A DNA stretch of 64,000 nt. Source: Catajapyx aquilonaris. Its lineage: Eukaryota. Shown piece by piece: positions 39,258 to 51,990 of this stretch. The notes under the pieces are model-generated. The model was not told where the DNA came from and made no database searches. It saw only the letters and a program-made list of their open reading frames with translations. Both the position numbers and the translations under genes were made by a program. Positions within the stretch are counted from its first letter, which is position 1. The number at the start of each line of letters is the position of its first letter. The stretch is taken from contig KZ537989.1 in the NCBI GenBank assembly GCA_000934665.2, positions 1 through 64,000 of the forward strand, given 5' to 3'.

Positions 39258-39924
39258 CTAGCACACGGAGCCACCGACGTCCCTCTGGTACCTGCATGTC
39301 ACGAACTCGGCTGCGGCGGTCAGCTCTCTCAGGCACTGATGGAGCCCGTGCAGGTGACGGCGGAAGGTGTCCCCGACCTGCACCGCGTAGTCCTCCTCGT
39401 TCTCCACCCCGCTGTCCTCGTTCTCGTTGCTGGCTTCAGAGTCGGTGTCGCTGACCGACGTGGACGAAGTCATCGACACTGTGGATGGCCGGCGTGCGTG
39501 GCCCTTGGTCACACCTCCCTCCGAGGAGGCCACGGACGAGGCGGATGATGACACTCCAGAGGACGGCGCTGGAGAGCAGGTGACTGTGATGTCGGGTGCT
39601 GGGGTATCGTCCTGGCTGCGGGTGCCCCACAGGAGTTCGTTCTTGACCGAGTTGAGCATGGAGTAGAATGCGTACAGGTCGGAGCTGCCCATGTCCGGCA
39701 TGAGACTCCTGCCCTGGGGCTGCCCCTGGCTGCCGCTCCCCCTGGGACCGCTCGGGACCGTCGGCTGCTCATCCTCGCTGACTTTCATGTCCATCAGGCG
39801 GCATGGGACCAGGATGGTCTCGTTCATCTCCTCCACGGTCCGCACAAACTTGTCCATCGATGACAGGATCGAGTCCTTCGAGCCTTCCTTCCAGCGGGAA
39901 TCCCGCCTGGAACGGCCGCTGCCA
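39258..39924 (-). CDS. MID1IP1: Spot14/MID1IP1 (MIG12, THRSP) family protein, coding exon 2 (terminal)
   Basis: Spot_14-family blocks SILSSMDKFVRTVEEMNETILVPCRLMD, DLYAFYSMLNSVKNELLWG and FRRHLHGLHQCLRELTAAAEFVTCRYQ; acceptor ttttttctctctctgcag ends at 39925; TAG at 39260-39258. Confidence 0.9.
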
Positions 39925-42592
39925 CTGCAGAGAGAGAAAAAATCGCACGGTTCAAACATGCTATTCCCACGGTTACTACGACTCTCCCTATATTGAATTT
40001 AAATGCCTTTAAAGAGGCCCCACACACATTGACCTTTGAAGGTGCCACCGCCCATTGTCACACCCGACGGGCTATAACGGTGCATAGGAGCCAAACGGCT
40101 ATCGCACAACAGTAGCCGATATTTGCGTGCAAGATTGCAGGTGTTGCCTGGCCTTTCCCAGACTGTAGTTCTCAGTATTTCAAGGCCCTCGCCATCTTTC
40201 CGCATGGCGGCCGTCAGCTATATGCCCCCGAAGGTCGTTGTTCCGGTCGCCCTGTGAATCCCCCTGGCTCCATTTTTCCGGTCTCCTGCCCGAAATTCTC
40301 GGTTCTAACCGGTTCGAACCCAAAATTTTTCAAATCCAGAAAAAGGTAGCGTGTATATCCCCACGGTCCTGAGTCAAGCCCCTATCGGAAGTGATCCAGC
40401 CCACACATCGCAAATGATTAAAAACTGGTTTACAAAAGGAGTCCACCAGTATAATGTGTCTCAAGCTTTCTCCACGCCTACTGCACCGACCGGCAACCAT
40501 CCTCAATACGATGGTCTTTGAAGAAAATTTTTGTTTCCAGACAGACCGGAACCACCTCACCCCACATCCTCTATCACCAGCCGGTACCGGTACCGTTTCG
40601 CGCTGATGCCTGATGCTCGCTTAGCATTCCCTCATTTGACTCGCGGGCGAATTTTTCGTATACTTGGGAAATCTTCACATTGCAAGTGACAGCCTTGAGC
40701 GTCCCACGCACACACACCCGGGTATGCATGTAAGATGTTCCTCATCCGTGTAATAATATGCTGCGTTACGACACGGCCTGGCACCGACAATAATTAATCC
40801 GGCGCCTCATATTAATTACTGATTTCTCAACAAATACTGCAAGAATGAGAGCGTGAAAACTTCCCCCCCTATCCGGGTAATTCCGGTTTCAACCAAATGC
40901 TGCCTACCATAGAATGGCCGATGAGTACATCTTCGGTGTATGCGTGAGTCACTAGGTCAGATCCTCCGTCCTCGCGACACCAACAACACTGGGTCAACAC
41001 ACGGAAGGGGCTCCAAGAACCTCCTCACCTGCGCACCGGCACACTACCACTAAACAACTCTTAACCAGTCAAGGTAGCATCACCAACCAGCACCACCCCA
41101 CCCCTCCCCTCCCCACTGCCCCCTCCTCCCTCCTCCTCAAGGCCGGCGACTACAATTCCCGCAGGGTGATGAGATTGGGGGAAACGGGGGGAAAATGACG
41201 GCATAACTCCGCGTCAGCTGGGGAAAACACGATTGCGATGTGGACGTCGCCCGTGCTCCATCGTCTCTGGATGTGTACAAGGCGAATGGCCTCCCCTCCG
41301 AAAAACAGCACTGGCGCCGGCGCCCTGCTGGATGGCTCCTGCAGCACTGCCGCAGCCACAGTACCCCCCTCTAGTTTTTTCCTTCCCGGAGAAAGTTGAC
41401 CACGTCCCGCCCACCTAACCAACCAACCAAAAATTGCGAGATGCCTACCTTGCCAATGATGAAATTTTTGCTACCTGCATACCGGAAATTCCACTCTGGG
41501 GGATCTCCCCTCCACCCCTTACTCCACCCACCACACCCTTCATATGTGGAGGTACACGCAGTGCGTTTCGTAAAATCCTGACCGATTCTTGATTGCGGAA
41601 GACCTTCCGACGACTGGCCGTGGAATTTTCTACCGAATGACCCACTTGTAGTGTTACACGCTACCCCCCTGCACAAGGATGCGGGTACAGGGTGATTGGG
41701 AAATTTCTTTCAAGGGGGATGGGATGCATTGGGCATTTATGCAATCGGTTTCTTGGCCAGGCAGCTGGGATTGTGGAGCAAGGTCGGAGTGGCACAGTTC
41801 TGAATAGGCGCAATTAACTACACATATGTGCACAGGATGCTGCATGCCATCACATACTTGCGCAATGCCAACCTGCTGATGATGAATATGCAAAACATCA
41901 TGCAATCAGTCGCGTTATACAATTTAATGGGAAATAGGTACCAACAACAAGACTATACATTTTCCTGATTCTTCATCGCTTGATAGGCTTGACGTAATCC
42001 CAAATGCCATTGCCATCTCTCATGACCTTCACGATGGAATTACATAACTGACGGCTGTCATGTCCCCTTATGCTACCAAATGCTGCCTTTGCCCCCCCGA
42101 ATCCGGACTGAAGCAATATGTCCAGAATTAGGTGGCCCTTGCCTAATCGATACCCAAAAGCATGGCTTGACGCCACGTACATTTTTTTCATCCCGAGGTC
42201 TTCATATAAATAACCCTCTCTGCAGAACCCAAAATAATTCTCTCTGCACATATGCTGAATCTAACACCCACCATAATAAATACACCCCAAGAGTGCCCCA
42301 GAAACAATTAATAAACCATAGTGTGCCCCCAGAAGAATCAATATTGGCACCAAGACAACCGTTCAATATCGCCCGATAATAATGAAACACACCACATTCC
42401 AGTCCCACCCCCATCCATCCCAAGAATGCCAAGCACGCCCCTTTAACTTTCACTTCTACCTCCTCCGCCTCTCCTCATCCGACCTCCCCCACTAATCTGA
42501 CCGCGAATTTGGGCAGCCCCAACGGCACATGTCCACCCATCGAACGTGGCCAACGCCCCGAACAAAAACGGACACTGGACGTGGACACTCAC

Positions 42593-42651
42593 CCTTCTAC
42601 TTTGGGCAGCTCCCCTGTGACCTCCACCTTGAAGCTGCTGGTCATCTGCAT
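42593..42651 (-). CDS. MID1IP1: Spot14/MID1IP1-like coding exon 1 (MQMTSSFKVEVTGELPKVEG)
   Basis: cagccATG at 42651; donor GG|gtgagt at 42592 is phase 2, matching the phase-2 acceptor of exon 2; the joined CDS is 726 nt = 241 aa; TATA box ~110 nt upstream. Confidence 0.8.
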
Positions 42652-42729
42652 GGCTGATTGTTGACTCCGAGGGGGGTTGCCTAGACACAATCAATCACGG
42701 GTGTGCTTGGTGGAAGTGGATCAAGCGGA

Positions 42730-43062
42730 ATGCACCGATCAGGCAGAGGTGCAGCTCTGTTTATACCCCCGCTTGGCCGGCCCCGAGTGTGTGTGTGGAG
42801 GGGGCAACTGGAGGGGCAAGGGGCGCTATCTATAGAAGCCGATTGGGGCACGGGAGGTGGAGCAGCCGGGTGGGTAGGGCAGGCATAGGGGGGGTCACAC
42901 TCTAGGGGCAGGGATGGGGGTTTAGGTGATACTAGAGTGTGGGCGAGTATTATCGGATCAGGACCTGGGCGAGAGTGCGAATACGGCTGGTTTGGGAGGG
43001 TGCATGTTGGAGCTTCCCGAGCCCCGCGTATGGAACGCAACGGAGCCTTCTGATTGGGCGGT
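42730..43062 (-). promoter_or_regulatory. Core promoter of the Spot14/MID1IP1-like gene
   Basis: Minus strand TATAAA at 42765-42760; CCAAT at 42846-42842 and ~43057-43053, the latter next to a GC box; GC-rich context. Confidence 0.65.
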
Positions 43063-44215
43063 GGGAATGGCGGCAGGGTTGATGCCATGTACCCGGCGCA
43101 TGGATGCGTGAGTGTGTGGGGAATGGGGGATCCACCCATCAAATATTTTCAACATGGACCTAGTATGGGATTGCACACATTTTTATATGGAGGAAAGTTG
43201 GCACAGTAGAACTTTTTTTCTAGAGAATTCACGTATGGACATCCCATGGGAAGCTGTTGATTTTAATGAGATAGGTATGCGGTGGAAAAGTTACGTGTAC
43301 AACATAAACGTTTTCTCGTCGGAAAATGTGTAAAATTTGCATGTTTAACGAAAACAAATTTTTTGTTGCTTTTATACAGCATGACTATATACTATGTTGA
43401 TTGTTTACATATTTTTCTTCTATTCGACACTGTCCTTGCATGACAGCAGCTCTAGATTTGTTATGGTATCGTGAGCTAACAATGTACAGTACTTGATGTA
43501 CCTGATTCCGAGCTACGTATTTGTACACTATTGTTTGGACTTACTGAGAGCTAAGGCCAGGGATAAGATAGCATCATTTGGTCAGTTGTTGTTGTTGTTT
43601 TTTTCCACGCTGTCTGACCAAGGAATTGCCAGCATGCAGCACGATGGGAGGTAAAACTTTACTAGCTGGAGAAGTATATATAAAAAAAATTGTTGCCAAG
43701 GTAACGCGCCAACTGCACTGTACAGATCATTTGTCATTTTTTACAAGCAGCTGTGTTTATGATGTTGATAGTGCGCACGGTTTCGACCATATGTGAGAAC
43801 AGAAAAACTCTGCAAATTGCGAATGCTTTGAAATGAACCTATATACTGGCCTAGTCGGTTTAACAGGTGATTAGCCTACCAATGCACATAATAAGCCGGC
43901 TTCGGCACAGTCAATCAATTATTTTAAACCGACTTTGGTAGCCCACACAAAATTTGTCATGTATGGTGACATGGGTCAAACATTTTTTTTTTTTTCAAAT
44001 ATGACGATGTTATTAGGTTTACTTTTGCAGTAAAACTCTCAGCTAAAACGGTGTAAAATTGTTTTTGAAATGTAACCTGCAGGTTTACAATTGGTTCGAT
44101 ATATGGCGGTAATTACTCCGATACAGTCAGTTCTTATTCCAGTTCGCTGAACTGTGACAACAGAGAGTCCAATTAAATCCAAGGTGGCAGGTACAGTTAT
44201 GCCAGATTCAAGCTC

Positions 44216-44285
<70 letters not shown>

Positions 44286-44286
44286 T
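44216..44286. repeat. (AAT)n microsatellite followed by short (GAT)n/(AAG)n tracts to ~44380
   Basis: About 23 AAT units. Confidence 0.95.
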
Positions 44287-47200
44287 TTATTTGCCCCTTA
44301 ATAGAGCGGAGCTCTTTTCGGGGAAATAATAATGACGATGATGATGATGACGATTATGATAAGAGGAAGAAGAAGAAGATTATGTGCCAGAAGTTTAGAC
44401 TATATTTCTGGTGTCAGCATTACGACTCGGTTATCTACAGCAAGCTTTAGCAATTAACCTTGGTTGACATCGAAATTAACTGAGATTCACATTACGTCAC
44501 TATATTACTCGTGCATGCCGTTTTGGCAATCACGAACGCGAATGGTGATGGTTACCAAATGCAGCTCACAGGCTTTCCTTGTGTCAAGCTCGTGATCGGC
44601 TAATGAAATATTCGTACAGAGGAGCATTTAATGGACATTGATCACTGATCTGTGCCCCAAGTTACAGTAAAGTTTATTCTCGTTGGCTCATTCACTTATC
44701 AAGTTTTCATCATCTGATTTAGTTTTATGTCTTCCCGTTCTATACCGGTATGCTATATGGAACTTGCCCCAAGGATGGCTTAGCAACAGTGATAATTATA
44801 ATGATAAAATTCTCTGCGGTTGTTATGTGAATAATTGATTTCATTCGGTCAGTGCGTGACAGGATTGACGTATTTTATCTGTCATAAAATCGGAGTGTTT
44901 ACGTTCGGCATTCATAACTCATTATTCCGTTTCCATATAATATCACTTATTTCCCCATTAGCAGATTTTAAAATGCAATTTATTGCGTACCATAAACTTG
45001 TAAATATTAAATTACGTATGACACTATATAGGTTGTCAGTTGACGTAATATTCACTTCACACATTTTATTACTTCATTACGTAAATTTGCCACTGCGCAG
45101 GTGTACGACAAAAACAAAAATCTTATTGTCACTACTTACTTCTTAAGTACCGTAAGATCGCCCAACTTATTTGCATATGACAACAAAAGGGGAGCCCACC
45201 AATCAGGAATAAACTGGTACAAGTCAGTAAGATATTTTTAGATGCTAGAGTGGAAAGCCCCAGATATTTTCCAAGATGGTAAGAGTATTTTGATATCCAA
45301 ACAAAGCACCTGATTTTGCAATGTTATTCACCGTACATCAAATCAACAGCTAAATTCAACGTGGGAAAATCCTCATTGAAACCCTCCCAATGCCAAGAGA
45401 GCAAAACCGGTTTTATTGGGGTTTTCCCAAAGGTCACCGACTCCCAAGAAAGGTAGTTGACAGTGGCCGACCTGCTGATGACTCCGGAACAGCGTTGCCG
45501 GTACCAGTTATGCTCGTTTATTATGTCCTATTCCCACCTGAGGCAAAACATTCTTCCTTTAGCATCATCACTTATTCTGCAACATCATCAGGAATGTCCC
45601 ACAGAGTCCACCGGGCAATACCGAGGTCGCACCAAAGCTGTTGTCCGCTCAAGGTGAAACGAAGAGAAAGACAAGGCAATGACCTTTACGGACGAGAAGA
45701 ACTGCGCTAATTTAGTAGATATAATCGTCTTTAAATAGTACTGGCATATGTGCTCTGGGATTACCTGTGGTCGATCCTGCATAAGAGGGATTGGTTCCCT
45801 GATTGGGATCATATCTGATACAATGATTTGCAATAACTGACACTTTCAGGTTTTAACCGCATCTCCACTCAATGTCATCGATACACCTCTCGATAGTAGC
45901 GTTACAACGAAGGTATGGCTCGTGCCAAACGGATAAGATTCATTCAGACAAGAGCGAGACAGCTAATTACATCACAGATATGTAGACTCGGAATCGCTCG
46001 GAATGACGTAATGTTTTGACCATGTATGTGCACGTCACGGTTGTTTCAGCGTCGAAATTGTTCATAAAATAAAAAAATCAACTTAGATGCGATAGTTATG
46101 GGTAACAAATAGGGCGGTTTCAACATCAGCCTTTGTACAGTTGTATTGTCGATTGTTGGGAACAACCATGCAGCATAATTGCGTAATGGCTTATTATGAT
46201 TTCTCTGAAGATTGGAAGTGATTTTTTCTCATGGTACATTCCTCTTTGTTTTTCGTGGAAGACGCAAAGGGAATTTCCCAGCCGCATTGTGTTGGACCGC
46301 ACACTGTTCACACTTGCTCTATTGTCTCTTCCCCCCCAAATAAAGGACGTTTGTTATTGGCTCGTTTCATTGATGATGAGGTTGCAGCACCTTAGAAAGA
46401 GACTTGTAAATACCCACCTCCTTTTCAGTTCGTCGTTACATAAATTATTTACCTATGAAAGATGCGCATTGCACAAGTGGGTCTGTTGGTAGAACAAGAG
46501 TGACAGGAGAACTTCATGATAGGTGTCCAGCAATGTTTATTTTGGTCTTGACCCTATCTGTGACGCAGATTTATATGAACTGAAGGGAGCTGAATTGAGC
46601 AGCGAAATGTTTTTATGCCACTTGTCACAAATCAGCAAGGAAAAATATGGAGTTTACTCAGCAGGGTGCTGTTGACAAATTGATGCACTAGAAAAATGTT
46701 CATAATCTTCTCCGCTGTTCTTGGAAATTGTTATTCGGAAGGGGGAAACATGTCAAATTTAGTCTACATCTAATGTGGAATAATTAGGTTCTTGACGATT
46801 AACGAGACATCGATGTCGTAACAAGTAAACACTATTGATGCCATAGGATGAAGTCCACGGGACTTTAACCCGGCATGTCCGTCTGCAAGGAACTCAAGTG
46901 AATATATGGTTCGAGGTCGCAATACTTGGAAGGAAAAAAAACGATTGACTTTTATGAACTTGCTGAGTTTGTACATGACGTAGACGGTTACGCCTACATT
47001 ACTCTGGCAAACTGTGGCAAGTCACTTTGGTAACAGTGATATATTTTTAGACCGTTTAAGTCAGTAATTTTATCAGATATTTCCATATCCAGTTCTTGTG
47101 CATGTGATCAGATGGTGGAAAGAGTACTCTGTCAACTTCTGGAGTGGACAAAGACCATATATGAGTAGTGAACATGGCGCGATGGACTTTCTTCCTGAAT

Positions 47201-48499
47201 TTTATTGGCCCTTACACCTGTGGTGTGATGTTCTAACTGCTCTTCCCACTCGATCTATAAGCTTGATTACAATGATAATATGAAATGTATTTTGCCCACC
47301 TGTTTCCAGTGACACGAGGTCGATGGTTTACTCGAGTCTTGCTTCTCGTGTAAATGCTGTGAAGGTTGTTGAGACTTATTTCACGCGACAGGCTCGTGCA
47401 AGGAGAAGTTATTTAAGACAATGGCCATTGTGGAGACAAAGTTGGGTATTTAGACGTGTTATGAGATAATGTCGGAAATCTTACACTGGCGTCAGGGACG
47501 TCAGAGCAAACATAATTGGTCGTTTATGAATTTTCTTATATCCAAATATTTCCCCAGCTATGCAGACCACATACTGCTGAGTTGTACACACAATGCCGCA
47601 AGGGGATGTGTTTTTGCCTTGAAATGGCCAATAAAATGGTCCAGTATATGGCTACTAAACTTCTGAGTCTTTGCAATATAATCAGCGTGTCGTGTTTTAA
47701 ACGTAATAATCTGTTGGTTTACGACAAAATACTCAAATGAGAGTTTAATGGAGGCGTATGAATTACGATTACTTTATATTTTTTATTGTTTTGCTGGGGT
47801 ATCATGTGCAATAAATTATGCAAACAGATATAGCAGGATGTTGGTGATGTGACTTTACGTGTTATTGTATGCAATACATAGTGTTGTTTTGAATATGGTA
47901 ATTTTTTTTCTCAATTTCGCATGACAAGGAAGTTGGATCTCTGCCACTCTTATCGGGATAAATATTTCATAAACCTATAGGCCTACAGTGGGTTTCCTGC
48001 AGTCTGATTCTGAATATAAAGGAAAACCATTTGAAGTACAGTAGAAAAATTGTTCACATGTTATTAGCAATATACCCTTGCAAATATCATTCTTTTAGCC
48101 GCAATAATTACATTACAATTAGGACATGGTTGGCACATGCTATATAACTTATATCACTTAATTGTAACATTGTAGCGGATGTATATGGGAAAATCCCATT
48201 TCATTCGACTACTGCGTATAATGGCATAATAAACTGGGAAATTTAAAGTTACTGCATGAAATGCGCTTCAATTTGGCCGACTCAATACGTATACAGGCCT
48301 AATTGAAGATCCGCCTGTAGAGTTTTCTCGAAATTCATTCATGCGCGCTCTTCAGGTAGTTATGACGCGCATGTAATGATGGTTTTTAAGCAAAACTACC
48401 GCGTTCGGCGAATTATAAGCTTCTCGCATGACTTGCGCTCGGCCAATCCCAACAATATTGTCTGCATGAGAAGTTGAAATATTACATCATGTTACAGCC

Positions 48500-49632
48500 C
48501 TTGGTTAAAGCCCCGCCAGTGGAGGATCGAGTGCGGGCAGTGGCTGACAGGCGGCGCATGTTCCCGTGCAAGCAGCCCAGTCCCTGTCGCTTCCTTACAT
48601 GCGTCATGGATGGCGCCACCGTCGCCGAACCAGCCACATTTTCCCTTCCTGGCAGCAGATGGCCTGGAGTACGGTCAACCCTCGCTGGATGTCTCTGGGC
48701 TGCCTTCGATGAGTTGTCACTTTCCCTGTGTTGCGGCCAGAGGGCAGTGTTCTCGGCAAGAGTGTGACGTCATCACCCAATCCCCCCCCTGGCGGCTGCT
48801 GTGTTGGTTGCCCTGGCGGTGGCGGATGGCAACAACAACCATCCCCATCGGAGCAGTGTCTCTCTTCTCTCCTCTGTGGGCTGGCTGGTTGATGGTTGGT
48901 CCTCCTACGCTCCAGGGGTGATGGCCAGCTGCAGGTAGCGACTACAGGAGGGACAGAGCGAGGGATCGTCGCCCGCCCGCGCAGAGTGACTCCGCAGAGA
49001 AAGAAGAGGGTGGGTCAGGGGCAGCCGTGGTCCCCCCCCCAGTGACAAGGGAGGAAGAAGAGAGGCCACAGCAGCAGACGAGCAGCAGAAAGGGACGAGG
49101 CAGGCAGGCAGGCAGGCAGGCAGAGAGGGCGGGCGGGGGCAGCAGCCACCGCACACACACACAAAAAAAAAGAAGAGGAGAGGGAGTGGGAGAGAAGGGC
49201 TGCTGCTGTAGGATCAGTGGCAGAAGTGAGTCAGGATATTGGGCTGCCTGCAGGATTAGTGACATGTGGCACCAGCACACTCCCAGGAGGAGATAAACAT
49301 TGGTGCGGACGGACCGTGTGTCTGGCGGGGTGTGGCTGATCCAGACAGTCTCAGGAGAAGGAGGAGGAGGAGTGGCAGACAAGGGCGGGCATAAAGGGTG
49401 CTCAGGAGGACACCGCAAGAACCCAGTACTGGCTGGGAGACGGAGGGTGCATTGCCCGGACCACGCACACACACACTGCTCGGTGCACGCCTCCCCACCT
49501 TGCCCATCCCCCAACACCCACTGCCACACCAGGACATACACAGAGAGACAGAGTGTGCATGGACACCCTTCCCCCTGATGCATCACCAGCAGCTAGTGAG
49601 GAGGTGGTCGTGAGTGAGTGAGAAGGAAGAGT
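48500..49632 (+). promoter_or_regulatory. CpG/GC-rich promoter and long 5' leader of the misshapen-like gene
   Basis: GC-rich island upstream of the ATG; CRE TGACGTCA at 48765-48772, CCAAT at ~48777, AP-1 TGAGTCA at 49227-49233, and (GGCA)n, (CA)n and purine tracts. The TSS cannot be determined from sequence. Confidence 0.6.
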
Positions 49633-49704
49633 ATGGCTCACAACGCAGGCATGGCCACCAGTGTCAACTGCTCTCTCGACGACATTGATCTCAATGCACT
49701 CAAG
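49633..49704 (+). CDS. msn: misshapen/MAP4K4/TNIK/MINK1 Ste20 kinase, coding exon 1 (MAHNAGMATSVNCSLDDIDLNALK)
   Basis: agtATGG start; SVNCSLDDIDLxALK is the characteristic N-terminus of arthropod Msn; donor gtaacg at 49705. Missed by the ORF track. Confidence 0.92.
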
Positions 49705-51801
49705 GTAACGTTGCATATTTTAAAACATCTTCTGTGCATGTATTGACCTGCATTTCCGTAACAGTAAGCAGGGCAGTATAATCCAGGGTGGGTGGGTGAA
49801 GGGTGGCCATTGTCCTGGGTGACTGTAAGCTAATGGCAGGATGAGACATGCCTTTGTCATCAACAAGACGTCTCATTCGAGCACCCCCTTTGGGGCTTGT
49901 CATGATCTGAGTAGACCAGTTTAGCTCAGTTTTCAGTCATGAACTTACTGCAAAGTTTATGGACAAATGGTGCATGTTCAGTTTCATTTCTAGTAGGGTG
50001 AATATACTCTAATAACCAGTGAATGGCTGGTGCCAAGAATGACTATTTCTAGGGGTGCTGCAAGAGACACTCCCTCAACACCCAAGTTCTGTTCTTATAA
50101 TGCTACTAGAGAATTATTAGTGGAGCTAATAATTAGACGGGTTAATGCAATTTCAAATGCTGCATGTGACTTTAATTGTAGCCAGCTCTTGAGCTATGGT
50201 GCATTGAGCATCCCCATGTAATTGGAAATTTCATTACGTGATTGCACCGCCACAGCTGCACTTGAATTCATTTGGAGCCATCCTGAAGGGGGGTATTATG
50301 AATCCGGTGAAATCGGTGCCACAAGAAAAGACGTATGAAATTGTAGTCCCAGGAACCAGGGTAATGAAAGCTGCATGTCGATCATGACACTACTGGGGCA
50401 CGGACACTTGATATTGTGTGAGATTCTTCAAAGTGGCATAAAACTCTGCCATTTTGTTGCATAAAAGACACCATTATGTGGATGTGAAATTCGATCATGT
50501 AGATGTGGAAGTTTACCTCACTGTAATATAATTGTTTGTGTCAATTTTTAAACTCTGAATATACTATGGTATTAATATGCAAATATCCAGGAATGAAACT
50601 GAAGGTGTGTATATTTTGTTTTCTTTTGAGAAGGGAGAAATGTAACACTATTGTTTACTGCATAATGTAACTTGTTACAGAAGGAATGCTAATTGGTTGT
50701 CACAGATTAAGGCAACACTGACACATTTGACATTGCAAACCTTTTCATTGTGGTATTTTGTTGCATAACTTTTGAAATGCTGGCTTCTAGGTGATTGATG
50801 CTAGTATGTTAGACATGGCATGTGTGCTATGGCAAAATGGGTGTTTGTCTTGTGATATCCAAGGCAACAGTGACATCATTGCGTTCATTAGTACGAGGGA
50901 TATTTCCTGCTAGATTTACTGCAAACAATTCCGGACTTCTACTTTTTGGCATTGTTTCGAGGGACATCTTGCTATGCAGCTGCACATGTCAACAAGCGAA
51001 AATAAGGCTGAATAATTATCTATTTTAGTGCCCGAACCAGTACTGCATCTAGTCATAAATGTCAAGCACTTCTGTAGAAAGTGAAGCCATGCTCGTTTCC
51101 CTTGAATCATTATGAGCAGCCCACTGTCATTACTGTGGTGTTAAGAGGATACAAATTACTGCATTTTTTCTTCTTCAGAAAAGCCCTTGTTCGAACACCC
51201 CCCACGTTGAATTAAACTTCCATTTGACTCGTTATTGTATAGCGTAGGTTACTTCCTGGAAAAAAGAACTTATCCACGAATGATACCAGGCAGCGCGTGA
51301 GTCACAAACTTGATAATGTCTGCGGTGCTGCAGCTAGCTTACTTACCATGACTAACATGCAGTAGCCTACATGCCTTTATGACTGTACTAACACAGATGC
51401 ATAAATAATAACAAGTCGGCGCCCACAAATTCAAAAGTGCAAAAGCCCCGACACCAGTATATACAAAATATGGCTTGAGATATTGGTCCAGCAGGGACCT
51501 GAAGCTGCAAAACCCCAGCGAAAATTATCTATGAAAAGTTAAAAGATTTAGTAGGCACTGTATCAGCACTGCGGCGGGTGTACTGTACAGAGCTTGTTGC
51601 GGTGTAGTTACAGTGAGGCTGCAAGGAATCTCTGAACTTGAAGGGGCCTGCCCTAGTTTTCCTGTTTACCACTGCCAGTACCTGTTGCCAGGCACATTAA
51701 AACATCAGTCACTGGCCTACTAACCAGCATTAATTCACGGCTGCGAATTTCACCACAGACAATGGGTCACCTCAGCTTACTATGATTATACAGTGTGTTA
51801 A

Positions 51802-51990
<189 letters not shown>

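Noticed and set aside
39925..39959. ATG start of the 233-aa ORF (MFEPCDFFSLC)
   Set aside because: Reads through an intronic polypyrimidine tract and acceptor; a phase-compatible upstream exon with a promoter exists.
39224..40012. Several + strand ORFs antisense to the Spot14-like exon
   Set aside because: Expected shadows of a GC-rich coding exon.
39999..40205. 68-aa minus-strand ORF with GCCGCCATG as an alternative Spot14-like first exon
   Set aside because: The only donor-like site (g|gtcaat) is weak and phase 1, whereas exon 2 needs phase 2.
48474..49716. Many overlapping ORFs up to 214 aa on both strands
   Set aside because: Low-complexity products of the GC-rich msn promoter/leader; no domain features.
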